Below, piece after piece: positions 1-9,345 of a stretch of DNA of 64,000 bases. This stretch comes from Sediminicola arcticus (GTDB lineage: Bacteria; Bacteroidota; Bacteroidia; Flavobacteriales; Flavobacteriaceae): NCBI RefSeq assembly GCF_040566695.1, contig NZ_JBEXAE010000001.1, positions 282,636-346,635 on the forward strand, written 5' to 3'. A program made the position numbers and the translations under genes. Within the stretch, counting starts at the first letter, position 1; every line of letters begins with the position of its first letter. A model generated the notes under the pieces. That model saw only the letters and a list, made by a program, of their open reading frames with translations. It did no database searches and was not told the DNA's origin.

Positions 1-176
1 TTGTTCCAATAAATACCAATATATATGAAGCTAAAAAGATAACTTACAAATGTTGGAATTATAGGGATCAATGATTCCAATGTAACTTGTTCCGGAGATA
101 TTAACTCCAATACCATAATAGTGATAATGATGGCAAGAACCCCATCACTGAAAGCTTCCAATCTATTTGAAGTCAT
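1..176 (-). CDS. TMEM175/DUF1211-like potassium channel family protein, N-terminal 58 aa only (gene runs off the window start)
   Basis: Reverse translation from the ATG at 176 gives MTSNRLEAFSDGVLAIIITIMVLELISPEQ. The RLEAFSDGV...AIxxT...VLE block is the hallmark first helix of the DUF1211/TMEM175 family. Not in the ORF track because it is partial. Confidence 0.5.
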   Translation of the reverse strand, partial: MTSNRLEAFSDGVLAIIITIMVLELISPEQVTLESLIPIIPTFVSYLFSFIYIGIYWN

Positions 177-395
177 AGCATAATGGTCTATACTCCAAAG
201 TTAACTTAAAAATGAAGTATGTTTTAAAGTTTGAAAAATAATCCAACTATTTATATACCCTAAAATTAAGAATACTTCCTTCTGAAAGGCAAACCGGTTA
301 GGTGCCTCTATAATTCTCAGACTCTTCTCTACTTAGTTCCCTATTTAAATAATTTAGAAGAACAGAATAAACTTGATTGAAAAATCTTTACAACC

Positions 396-433
396 ATAAA
401 AAAGGGCCATCATGTGGAACAACACAATGACCC
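396..433 (-). terminator. Rho-independent terminator downstream of the TonB-dependent receptor
   Basis: Minus-strand RNA GGGUCAU(UGUG..CACA)AUGGCCC forms a stem and is followed by UUUUUU. Confidence 0.45.
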
Positions 434-472
434 TCTTCATTCAGGTTTAACCGATGGCTTGAACAGGGACCA

Positions 473-2644
473 CTAAAAATTAAATGTGGCTCCCACTAAA
501 AAGTTGATTCCAGCTTGTGGATAATATCCAGCCCCTTCTACTGTAGTAATTGTACCTGGGGTAGAAAAATCATCGTCGAAGGTAAAGAAATAGCCATTGG
601 ACACATATAACGAATCAAATATGTTATTTACCAATCCGGACAGAACAATACTTTTAATAAACGAATTGGTCCTGATTTCATATTGAACATTAAAGTCGGT
701 CTGTGAATATTCACTTAAAGTAGAATTTTCAGAATCGATATTGCCCATATATTGTTTGCCGACAAACTTGGTCAATACACTAAACTGAAGGTTTTCTTTA
801 GGTAAATAGGTTAATACATTACCAAAAATAACATTTGGGGAAAAGGAAATATTAGTATTTCCTAATTCCTGCAAGACCCCATCTCTTTCAAAAACAAAAT
901 CTCTATTCTTATTGGAGCTCAAGGCAACATTTGGACTTATCCTGAAATGATCTCCGAGGGCTATGGCGGCATCTATCTCCAAGCCCATCCTATAGCTATC
1001 CCCAACATTGGCACGTAACGGGGCGCCAACATCGTTCAGTTCTCCCGTTAGCACCAATTGATCTTTATAGTTCATATAATAAACATTGGTGTTCAGCTGC
1101 ACCTCTTGGGACACATAACGCCATCCAAGTTCAAAATCGTTGAGCTTTTCTGGCCTTGGACTACCACTTTCATAATCATTCCGGTTAGGCTCCCGATTAG
1201 CCCTAGCATAGGACAAGTAAAAATTATTGTTTTGGTTTAGGTCATAGGTTATTCCTGCCTTAGGATTAAAAAAATCAAAGGAATCATCTACCAAACCAGT
1301 ATCTTCTCCATTGGCCATGTAGGACACCCTTCTATATTGCAGATCCCCGTAAAGGCTCCATTGGTTATCAAAAGCGTAATTCATCTTAGAGAAGAAATTA
1401 AAGTCGGTTTTTGTTGACGTATCGTCATAATAACGATCCCTGTAATCACTATCACCGGTATAGCGGGCCCAAATAATTTCTCCAAAGTGGTCCCCTTCAT
1501 ATTTGTTCCAACCCCCACCAAGTATCAGGTTGATTTTATCATCTGTATAATTAGCAGAAAAGGTGGTTCCGTAAAAATCATTATCCAACCAGCGCCTTCT
1601 AATAAGATCTGTGGTATCCACTAATTCACCATTAACAGTGATGGGGTCAAAACCATAATCTGCAAAATCCTCATCCTCCCTAAACTGTTCAAAGTAACCT
1701 CTACCTCTGGTATAATGCACTGCTAGGTTGGTATTCCATTGTTGGGAGATTTGTTCGTTCCAAAGTAATTGAAAATGGTCTTGTTTATAATTATCCACTT
1801 CATTATCATAGAATTGGGTATTTCCATTTTCATCGGTATAAATTCCAGAAGGATTAAAGGTCCTATCCGATTCTAAAGTAGCCTTGTCTATCCCATACCA
1901 AGATTGATAGGTAATCTCATGGCCTCCAAACAGTAGGGCTTTTACTAGGGTATTATCATCCTTATAGGCTCCTTGCAAAAAATAAGATTCTAATTCGGAA
2001 GATGCCCTATCCACGTAGCCATCGGAAGTAATCCTTGACAACCGCCCAGAAACCTCTACATGATCATTCATAAGGCCGGTGCTGAACTTTAGGTTGTTCC
2101 TTAGCGTACCAAAGCTCCCCACAGAAGAAGATATTTGCGCATAGCCTTCTTCACTAATAGCATCTGTCAATAAATTTAAACTGGCCCCAAAAGCTCCTGC
2201 TCCATTGGTAGAGGTACCTACTCCGCGCTGCAATTGTAAACTTTCTATTGAGGAGGCAAAGTCTGGCATATTCACCCAAAAAGTACCATGGGATTCCGAA
2301 TCGTTGTAGGGAATTCCGTTGATGGTAACGTTGACCCTTGTGGCATCACTTCCACGGACACGAATACCAGTATACCCTACCCCGGCACCGGCATCGGATG
2401 TGGTCACCACGGAAGGCAAAAAATTCATTAGGATGGGAATGTCTTGTCCTAAATTTCTAGGCCTGATCTGCTCCTTAGTTAGATTGGAAAAGGTGACTGG
2501 TGATTCCTTGGTCACACGAATGGCAGATACAAAGACCTCGTCCAACGTAATTTTTTTACCCTCCAAAGAATCGATGGGTTGTTCTTGGCCAAAGACCGAC
2601 AAGGCGGCACCAAACATGGCAACTGTTGTGAATAAAGTTTTCAT
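473..2644 (-). CDS. TonB-dependent outer-membrane receptor, candidate thiamine/thiamine-precursor transporter
   Basis: 723 aa with a signal peptide, a plug domain and a C-terminal aromatic residue (…GATFNF). A TPP riboswitch lies immediately upstream. Confidence 0.85.
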   Translation of the reverse strand: MKTLFTTVAMFGAALSVFGQEQPIDSLEGKKITLDEVFVSAIRVTKESPVTFSNLTKEQIRPRNLGQDIPILMNFLPSVVTTSDAGAGVGYTGIRVRGSDATRVNVTINGIPYNDSESHGTFWVNMPDFASSIESLQLQRGVGTSTNGAGAFGASLNLLTDAISEEGYAQISSSVGSFGTLRNNLKFSTGLMNDHVEVSGRLSRITSDGYVDRASSELESYFLQGAYKDDNTLVKALLFGGHEITYQSWYGIDKATLESDRTFNPSGIYTDENGNTQFYDNEVDNYKQDHFQLLWNEQISQQWNTNLAVHYTRGRGYFEQFREDEDFADYGFDPITVNGELVDTTDLIRRRWLDNDFYGTTFSANYTDDKINLILGGGWNKYEGDHFGEIIWARYTGDSDYRDRYYDDTSTKTDFNFFSKMNYAFDNQWSLYGDLQYRRVSYMANGEDTGLVDDSFDFFNPKAGITYDLNQNNNFYLSYARANREPNRNDYESGSPRPEKLNDFELGWRYVSQEVQLNTNVYYMNYKDQLVLTGELNDVGAPLRANVGDSYRMGLEIDAAIALGDHFRISPNVALSSNKNRDFVFERDGVLQELGNTNISFSPNVIFGNVLTYLPKENLQFSVLTKFVGKQYMGNIDSENSTLSEYSQTDFNVQYEIRTNSFIKSIVLSGLVNNIFDSLYVSNGYFFTFDDDFSTPGTITTVEGAGYYPQAGINFLVGATFNF

Positions 2645-2759
2645 TCGTAATACTTAGTTACGAATAAAAGGGGCTATTATTCTTGTTAAAAATTGATTTT
2701 TTATTCTTTTCGATCACATTACTGCGTCGAAAATAAACGTTGGAAATTCCAAATAGCGA

Positions 2760-2850
2760 TTTTCGCATCCCTTGGCAGCATTACCTGCCCAGGTTCCTTG
2801 GGTATAATCTCAGCCTGCCTAAACAAGCACCCCTTTGAGACGATGCAAAT
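2760..2850 (-). promoter_or_regulatory. TPP (THI-box) riboswitch aptamer in the 5' leader of the TonB-dependent receptor
   Basis: Minus-strand RNA reads UGCAUCG..GGGGUGCUUGUUUAGGCAGGCUGAGAUUAUACCCAAGGAACCUGGGCAGGUAAUGCUGCCAAGGGAUGCG. The conserved blocks GGGGUGC, CUGAGA, AUACCC, AACCUG, GGUAAUGC and AGGGA sit in the canonical order. A P1 helix forms between GCAUC and GAUGC. Confidence 0.8.
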
Positions 2851-2987
2851 TTACATGTAGGCATTCATATATCATAATAAAAACAAGAATATTTACAGAA
2901 CCCATTTTACCTGTAAAAAATACATAATTAAGATCCCTATTTTTATGCCACTTCTTACTTCACATATACAAGATTGATCAGGACTAT

Positions 2988-4529
2988 TTATTTTACCTGG
3001 TGGGTAGGTTTTAACAAGTCATTTACGGTTTTAACAGGATTGAAGGTTACCAAGGGCACCTCCACAAAAATGGTATTCCAAAAAGCCATGGCCCCATTCC
3101 ACAATCCTGGAAGTTCCAAGGCTTTTAAGTTCTTTCCATCCTTGGTCTTTTCAGTAATAAACCCTTGCTTATGGTCAACAAAATTTAAAAGATTAAATTT
3201 TTCGCCTTTGTAGTTCTTCACACCACAGACCAAATCTACAGGATTAAAGTGGGTAGAATTTTTAAAAATCGCTACTTGACTGTCATTGGACATATCAACC
3301 TGAGCGCTTTCTATTATTTGAAGCGAAATATGATCTGATTTATCCTTTATCCAAAAAGGACCACCGCCAGGCTCGCCTTCATTTTTTACCATTCCACAAA
3401 TACGGATGGGTCTATTGATCTTGTCCTTTACTATTTCCAATTGTTGTGCTATGGTAAAGCTATCGAAATTAGAAACAAATCTCACATTCAGATGATCTTC
3501 TAAAAAGGATTTTATCTCCTTCACCTTTTCCAAGGTCGCTTCATCTTTGTCCAAAAAAGCGGCATAGGCGAATGTCTTTTCCTGTAATTTCAAGAGTAAG
3601 CCTGATAAGACCATTTTGCTTTTGGCAACCTGATCAACAACATCGTCTACCACAACATTATCAATGTTTTTAATGAATATGATATCGGCATCCTGTTCAT
3701 TTAGGTTCTCTATTAATGCTCCATGACCCCCAGGTCGAAAGAGCAAGGAACCGTCCGAATTTCGGAATAGTTCGTTTTCCATGGTTACCGCTATGGTATC
3801 CGTAGCTGGCTTTTGGTAGGAGTAACTAACATGGAACTCCGTTCCTGTAGCTTTGGAGACCATTTCCTTCACTGCTTTAAATTCTTCCTTGAACATGGTA
3901 TCGTGTTGTTCGGAAATGGTAAAGTGAAGGTGTGCTGCACCATCAACCTTGGCGTAAAGGGAACCCTCTTTCAAATGTTCTTCAAAAGGGGTAGCCCCAT
4001 GTTGACCATATTTATGAAAGGGCAAAAGACCTTTGGGATAAAACCCATAGTTTAATTTGTCCTCGGCCAACATTTCCTGAACAAAAAGATACACCTCCTC
4101 ATCTTTAGTCTTGGTGGCACCCGCTATTCTTTTTTCAATTTTGTCGTAAAAAGGAAAGTTTTTCATTCCTTCAACAAGTGCCTTTATGTCTTTATCTGCG
4201 GTCTTGTCCAAGTATCTTTTTAAAGTATCCTTTATTGGATCAAAAGATTCCAAAAAGCTAAACAGGGCCTTGAACATTCTAGATGCTGCACCTGATGCGG
4301 GTACGAATTTCAAAAGGAACTTTTTGGATTTTAGTGTATTAAAAATAGATATCAACTCCATTTCCTCGACAGGGCTAAACTTTAATATCCCGTCCGAAAT
4401 TATGGATGCCTTTTCTAAATGAACAAAGGGAATACCTTCTTTGAAGGTTTCAATTTGGTCCAGTACTTTGCCCTCCTTGATTCCTTTATCTACAAGTTGC
4501 TGTTGATCTTTTGATGAAAATGTTCTCAT
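2988..4529 (-). CDS. DUF4301 family protein (function unknown)
   Basis: 513 aa. Its start overlaps the stop of the kinase gene by 4 nt. Contains KFVPASGAASRMFKAL, a glycine-rich loop resembling the NTP-binding loops of nucleotidyltransferases. Confidence 0.65.
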   Translation of the reverse strand: MRTFSSKDQQQLVDKGIKEGKVLDQIETFKEGIPFVHLEKASIISDGILKFSPVEEMELISIFNTLKSKKFLLKFVPASGAASRMFKALFSFLESFDPIKDTLKRYLDKTADKDIKALVEGMKNFPFYDKIEKRIAGATKTKDEEVYLFVQEMLAEDKLNYGFYPKGLLPFHKYGQHGATPFEEHLKEGSLYAKVDGAAHLHFTISEQHDTMFKEEFKAVKEMVSKATGTEFHVSYSYQKPATDTIAVTMENELFRNSDGSLLFRPGGHGALIENLNEQDADIIFIKNIDNVVVDDVVDQVAKSKMVLSGLLLKLQEKTFAYAAFLDKDEATLEKVKEIKSFLEDHLNVRFVSNFDSFTIAQQLEIVKDKINRPIRICGMVKNEGEPGGGPFWIKDKSDHISLQIIESAQVDMSNDSQVAIFKNSTHFNPVDLVCGVKNYKGEKFNLLNFVDHKQGFITEKTKDGKNLKALELPGLWNGAMAFWNTIFVEVPLVTFNPVKTVNDLLKPTHQVK

Positions 4530-5089
4530 TTTTTAAGTAATTTATCTATGTGTTCCACGGCCTTGGCCAACCGGGTTTTTTTATCACCCTTTAAAATAAC
4601 AAAATTCCGATCGTATTCTTCTAAAGTATCCTTGAAATATAAAAACATTTGCTCTCTTTCATCGGGCTTATCCCTTAAATCGTCCTCTTCCCAAGGAATA
4701 TCTATATAGGTCAATAAGTAAAGATCATAGGTGTTTGCCAACGCATACTTTTCCAATACAGGATCACAATACCCCAAATAATAAGCTTCAGAATATACCT
4801 TGGTCTCAAGGAGATCCGTATCACAAATCAAAATAGTATTGGCCTTCTTTGATAGGGTATTTTCTAAGCGCATTTGACCTTCAGCAATGGGCAATAAATC
4901 CTTTGGCTCACAGGTATTTCGTTCATTATTCCATTTGTTTTGCAGGTATTCACGCGCATATTCTGGGACCCATACAGAATTGTAGTGTCTTGCCAATTGC
5001 TCTGACAGGGTCGTTTTGCCCGTAGATTCCGGACCGAACAAAACTATTTTAATAATGTCTGTGGGCTCTTGTTTAAACTTTTCTTCCAT
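4526..5089 (-). CDS. Ribosylnicotinamide kinase-like P-loop kinase (standalone NadR C-terminal RNK-type domain)
   Basis: The true start is the internal Met (MEEKFKQEP…), immediately before the Walker A motif GPESTGKTT. Collinear matches to the Haemophilus influenzae NadR RNK domain are EYAREYL, ICDTDLLETKVY, DLYLL and WEEDDLRDKPDEREQMF. The upstream 67 codons of the tracked ORF lie inside pnuC. Confidence 0.75.
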   Translation of the reverse strand: MEEKFKQEPTDIIKIVLFGPESTGKTTLSEQLARHYNSVWVPEYAREYLQNKWNNERNTCEPKDLLPIAEGQMRLENTLSKKANTILICDTDLLETKVYSEAYYLGYCDPVLEKYALANTYDLYLLTYIDIPWEEDDLRDKPDEREQMFLYFKDTLEEYDRNFVILKGDKKTRLAKAVEHIDKLLKK

Positions 5090-5682
5090 GCGAGATACCC
5101 AAAAATGGCTATTATAGTGAATAAAAAATACTGAAAAGAGGTAAATATAAGTCCTTTGTATAAATATAAAGGGACCGATATAATATCTCCTATGATCCAA
5201 TAAATCCAGTTTTCTATCTTTTTCTTGGCCATAAGCCACATCCCTACAAAGAAAACAGCCGTAGTAAAGGAATCTACGTACGAGGTCCAATTATCCAGTT
5301 TATCAAAAAACAGATAGACCACAAGTACAAATACAATGGTAGCTACAAATAGGATGGCAGACCATTTCTTTTCCTTAAATGTTGTTGTAGTTATAGGAAT
5401 AAAATGGGTGGCATCTACCTTTCTGGTCCAAACATACCATCCATAAATACTCATGGCAAAATAATACGCATTAATAAGCATATCCCCCAACAGACCAAAA
5501 ACCAACAGAATATATACGAAGACCCCTGTACTGACGATTCCTGTTGGGAATACCAAAATATTCTCCCTCATAGAATACCAAACACTGAGAAAACCAAAAA
5601 ACACCCCAATCATTTCCAAAATGATCAAATGGGTATCGGTTCCTTCATATTGTGCAAAAATCCAATCAAAAATGGGGCTCAT
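5044..5682 (-). CDS. pnuC: PnuC-family nicotinamide riboside (or thiamine, PnuT-type) transporter
   Basis: 212 aa multi-pass membrane protein with a PnuC-like N-terminus (IFDWIFAQYEG…LEMIGVF) and the characteristic W/Y-rich helices. Confidence 0.75.
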   Translation of the reverse strand: MSPIFDWIFAQYEGTDTHLIILEMIGVFFGFLSVWYSMRENILVFPTGIVSTGVFVYILLVFGLLGDMLINAYYFAMSIYGWYVWTRKVDATHFIPITTTTFKEKKWSAILFVATIVFVLVVYLFFDKLDNWTSYVDSFTTAVFFVGMWLMAKKKIENWIYWIIGDIISVPLYLYKGLIFTSFQYFLFTIIAIFGYLAWKKSLNKSPQTLLK

Positions 5683-5926
5683 ACTCGCTTCTATCCGATT
5701 TTACGATTTTCATATACAACAAGCCTTTGTCTATCAACTCAAAAGCCTCTTTGATTTCTACTTGCAAAACGTACATCACCTTATCGTAATCCCCATAAAT
5801 TTGAGTACTCAAAGGATTCTCTAAAATAGTGAGGCCAGAAGCCCTTAATTTTTTTATGAAATTAATAATATGCTCCTCATACGTATCTTGTAAGGGAGAT
5901 AGGGTAAGCTCAACGGAAATATTCAT
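5666..5926 (-). CDS. MTH1187/YkoF-family (DUF77) small ligand-binding protein, thiamine-binding family
   Basis: 86 aa with the βαββαβ-type pattern ISVELTLSPL…YEEHI…ILENPLSTQIYGDYDKVM. Its stop overlaps the pnuC start by 17 nt. Confidence 0.55.
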   Translation of the reverse strand: MNISVELTLSPLQDTYEEHIINFIKKLRASGLTILENPLSTQIYGDYDKVMYVLQVEIKEAFELIDKGLLYMKIVKSDRSEYEPHF

Positions 5927-5997
5927 GAAGTATAATTGTTTTTAAATGTAATGGAAGCGACTAATTTTTTATAAATTTTGGATATGTACATACATTG

Positions 5998-6636
5998 TCA
6001 TTCAATTTGCTTTACCGCATACACACAAGTATACTCTTCAAATTCCAAAAAATTGATGTCATAAAATGATTGGTCCCCGTGGTACAATATCTCTGCAGTG
6101 GTCTTGGAATCCGCGAAGGAAAAATCCTTTACATCTACATGGTGTAAAAAACTTAACCCATGTTGGGCATAAATTTTATAAAGCGATTCTTTGGCCCCCC
6201 AGACAATGGTGAGCTTGCGCACGATGGCATCTGAATTGGCCAAGGTCTTGTACTCCTCCAACGGGGTGAATTTATTGGCAATCCTCAATATTTTGTCCCG
6301 TTGCATCTCTATGTCAATACCAACCTCATCAAAATCACCCAAAATAATACCAGTGAACTCGTGGGAATGGGTTATTGAAATATGCCGACCATCCCTTAAA
6401 TGTGGTTTTCCAGCCTCGTCATAAAACAGGTCGTGATCCGTGTAACCAACAACGGCCAACAAGTGGCGGATGCTCAAAAATCCCCTTCTGTGAAGTTCAG
6501 ATTTCATCTCATTAAGCCTGTTCTGACAATGTGGGGTCAAGACAATATCTTTGGAAAGCTCATCCTCTGTTTCCTCTAACTTCCAGATATGTACCACAAC
6601 TCCAGGCCTTACTGTTATAGTTTTGTAAATAGCCAT
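5998..6636 (-). CDS. 4'-phosphopantetheinyl transferase (Sfp-type)
   Basis: GIDIE and WGAKESLYK motifs; 212 aa. Confidence 0.8.
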   Translation of the reverse strand: MAIYKTITVRPGVVVHIWKLEETEDELSKDIVLTPHCQNRLNEMKSELHRRGFLSIRHLLAVVGYTDHDLFYDEAGKPHLRDGRHISITHSHEFTGIILGDFDEVGIDIEMQRDKILRIANKFTPLEEYKTLANSDAIVRKLTIVWGAKESLYKIYAQHGLSFLHHVDVKDFSFADSKTTAEILYHGDQSFYDINFLEFEEYTCVYAVKQIE

Positions 6637-6807
6637 TGGTTTATTTAAGTAATTAGTACCTTTGCGTTCAGAATATAGCGGTAAAAAACGCTACATAACG
6701 AAAGTAAAAATAAATTAGTAAAGAAGTAAGCGGTTGGGATATAAATTAACCTTCTACTTTTAGTATCACTGATATTTTATAAAATTATAACAAAAAAAAT
6801 TGATCAC

Positions 6808-8124
6808 ATGAGCACCAAAACAGTTCCTTATGTACCAAATAAGGTAAAAGATATGTCCCTAGCTGATTGGGGTAGGAAAGAAATCATATTGGCCGAAGCA
6901 GAAATGCCAGGCCTAATGGCCTTAAGAGAAGAATACCAGGATGAACAACCCTTAAAGGGTGCTCGTATAGCTGGATGTTTGCATATGACCATACAAACGG
7001 CAGTACTTATTGAAACCTTGGTTTCCTTAGGAGCAGAAGTAACCTGGAGCTCATGCAACATATTCTCTACCCAAGATCAGGCAGCGGCAGCAATTGCTGA
7101 GGCAGGCATCCCTGTTTATGCTTGGAAAGGAATGAATGAAGAAGAATTTGATTGGTGTATTGAACAGACCTTGTTCTTCGGAGAGGACCGTAAGCCATTA
7201 AACATGATTTTAGATGACGGTGGTGACCTTACCAATATGGTGTTGGATAAATATCCAGAATTGGCAGCCGGCATCAATGGTCTATCCGAGGAAACAACCA
7301 CTGGGGTTCACAGACTTTATGAAAGAGTGAAAAATGGCACGTTACCGATGCCTGCGATCAATGTAAACGACTCCGTTACCAAGTCAAAATTTGACAATAA
7401 ATATGGTTGTAGAGAAAGTGCTGTAGATGCCATCAGAAGGGCTACGGACACTATGCTTGCTGGGAAAAGAGTTGTTGTTGCTGGTTACGGTGATGTTGGT
7501 AAAGGAACAGCAGCTTCTTTTAAAGGAGCAGGTTCTATTGTAACAGTAACTGAAATTGATCCTATCTGTGCTCTTCAGGCAGCCATGGATGGATTTGAAG
7601 TCAAGAAAATGGAAACTGTTGTTGGTAATGCCGATATTGTAATTACCACTACTGGAAATAAGGACATTATCCAATCACAGCATTTTAAAGCAATGAAGGA
7701 CAAGGTGATCGTTTGTAATATTGGTCATTTTGATAATGAGATCGATATGGCATGGTTGAACAAAAACTATGGCTATACCAAAGACCAGATCAAACCACAG
7801 GTAGATAAATATACTATTGATGGCAAGGACGTGATCCTTTTAGCCGAAGGCCGATTGGTAAATCTTGGATGTGCCACAGGGCACCCAAGTTTTGTGATGA
7901 GTAATTCTTTCACGAACCAAACATTGGCACAAATTGAACTTTGGAAACACAAGGACAAGTATGAAAACGATGTGTACATGCTTCCAAAGCATTTGGATGA
8001 AAAAGTAGCAAAATTGCATTTAGCACGTTTGGGAGTTGAATTGGAAACATTACGTCCAGAACAAGCAAAATACATTGGGGTTACCGTTGAAGGACCATTT
8101 AAACCTGAATATTACAGGTATTAA
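6808..8124 (+). CDS. ahcY: Adenosylhomocysteinase
   Basis: 438 aa full length. NAD-binding GYGDVGKG motif and canonical SAHH blocks. Confidence 0.95.
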   Translation: MSTKTVPYVPNKVKDMSLADWGRKEIILAEAEMPGLMALREEYQDEQPLKGARIAGCLHMTIQTAVLIETLVSLGAEVTWSSCNIFSTQDQAAAAIAEAGIPVYAWKGMNEEEFDWCIEQTLFFGEDRKPLNMILDDGGDLTNMVLDKYPELAAGINGLSEETTTGVHRLYERVKNGTLPMPAINVNDSVTKSKFDNKYGCRESAVDAIRRATDTMLAGKRVVVAGYGDVGKGTAASFKGAGSIVTVTEIDPICALQAAMDGFEVKKMETVVGNADIVITTTGNKDIIQSQHFKAMKDKVIVCNIGHFDNEIDMAWLNKNYGYTKDQIKPQVDKYTIDGKDVILLAEGRLVNLGCATGHPSFVMSNSFTNQTLAQIELWKHKDKYENDVYMLPKHLDEKVAKLHLARLGVELETLRPEQAKYIGVTVEGPFKPEYYRY

Positions 8125-8163
8125 ATTTTATAGTACCTAACAATTAGTATTGTAAGGAATCTA

Positions 8164-8208
8164 GAACCCTTATCTTATGAAAATTAAGATAAGGGTTCAA
8201 TTTTTTTT
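8164..8208 (+). terminator. Rho-independent terminator of ahcY
   Basis: Perfect 14-bp stem GAACCCTTATCTTA/TAAGATAAGGGTTC followed by a T9 run. Confidence 0.6.
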
Positions 8209-8241
8209 AGTGACCTCCCCAATTAAACTAACCGTGTATTC

Positions 8242-9345
8242 ATGAATATAATTTTAACTGGAGCCACCGGAACCTTAGGTTCTAAAATACTTTTCTCCCT
8301 TTTTGAACAGAATTCTAAAAGTATAGAAAAGGTTTATTTGCCTATCCGAAGTAAAAATTCGACCACTCCAGACGAGCGCATCAAAAAAATGCTTCACAGT
8401 GAATTTGTTCCCAAGTTTATTCAAAATAATCTATCCAGTATCCTCAAAAAGATAAAAGTGATAGATGCTACATTTCTTTTAGACCCGACAAGCTTCCTAA
8501 AAGATCAAAAAATAGATTTTTTCATCCATTCGGCAGGCTTTGTAAATCTATCTACGGACCTAGGTGCAAAAGAGGATATTTTCAGAGAAAATTTTCAATT
8601 TACAAAGGATATCTTTAGATCCTATGCGCCCTTCATAGAAAAGTTTGTCTACATAAGTACTGCCTTTGCAGCAGGCGATATTGGAGGGGTTGTTGACAAC
8701 GACTATTCCAATAAACAAAACGGCAAATACCGCAACCATTATGAAGCATCCAAGCATGCGTCTGAAAAATTTCTATTGGAAGCTGGCAGAGAATACAAGA
8801 TTCCAGTACAAATCTTAAGACCTAGCGTTTTAGGAGGAAATATTAAAGACCATCCGCACTTTTTTATATCGAAATATATGGTCTTTTATCTATTTGCGAA
8901 ATTTTTTTACAACAATAGTTCGAAGGATCTTATTAGAATCTCAACTACAGCCACTGCAGGACTTAATATTATCCCAACAGATTATGCTGCACAAGTCATT
9001 GTAAAAGCAATGACGAAGGATATAGAGCAGCTTAATATTGTGCATTCTGAAGAAACTAACCTTATGAGGGGTATGTCCAAAATTTTCGATATTGTCGGGT
9101 TCAAGAATTTTAGTTTCACCCAAGAAAAAATTAATTCTGTTACTGGTTTTAAATCTGAATCGGAAAAATTCTATTATGAAACCATTGGGGTACATCTAAA
9201 CCCTTATTTGACCTCTATGCCCAACCAATGGGATACTACCCTATTAGAGAGTATCCTTCCCATCCCAACCTATGATTTAGAAGAATATCTTTCTGAAACA
9301 GTAACCTTTGCAAAATCAAAAAAATTTAGAAGTCAACAGTGGTAA
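8242..9345 (+). CDS. NAD(P)-binding SDR-type reductase (thioester-reductase / male-sterility NAD_binding_4-like)
   Basis: N-terminal ILTGATGTLGS Rossmann motif and a YEASK catalytic dyad. Confidence 0.65.
   Translation: MNIILTGATGTLGSKILFSLFEQNSKSIEKVYLPIRSKNSTTPDERIKKMLHSEFVPKFIQNNLSSILKKIKVIDATFLLDPTSFLKDQKIDFFIHSAGFVNLSTDLGAKEDIFRENFQFTKDIFRSYAPFIEKFVYISTAFAAGDIGGVVDNDYSNKQNGKYRNHYEASKHASEKFLLEAGREYKIPVQILRPSVLGGNIKDHPHFFISKYMVFYLFAKFFYNNSSKDLIRISTTATAGLNIIPTDYAAQVIVKAMTKDIEQLNIVHSEETNLMRGMSKIFDIVGFKNFSFTQEKINSVTGFKSESEKFYYETIGVHLNPYLTSMPNQWDTTLLESILPIPTYDLEEYLSETVTFAKSKKFRSQQW

Noticed and set aside
1058-1240. Short ORFs embedded in or antisense to large genes (for example 1058..1240, 2319..2657, 21402..21980, 31302..31856, 43149..43546)
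   Set aside because: They lie entirely within well-supported long CDSs on the other strand or frame. They have low-complexity or stop-poor composition and no motifs, so they are treated as spurious.
5090-5290. N-terminal 67 codons of the tracked kinase ORF (MDLVRRFLYYGCF…)
   Set aside because: This stretch lies inside the pnuC coding region in another frame, and the Walker A motif begins right after the internal Met. The start was therefore moved to 5089.
6637-6807. Possible SAH or SAM riboswitch upstream of ahcY
   Set aside because: No SAH-riboswitch or SAM-II conserved blocks were recognisable, only weak local hairpins. It is probably just a divergent promoter region.
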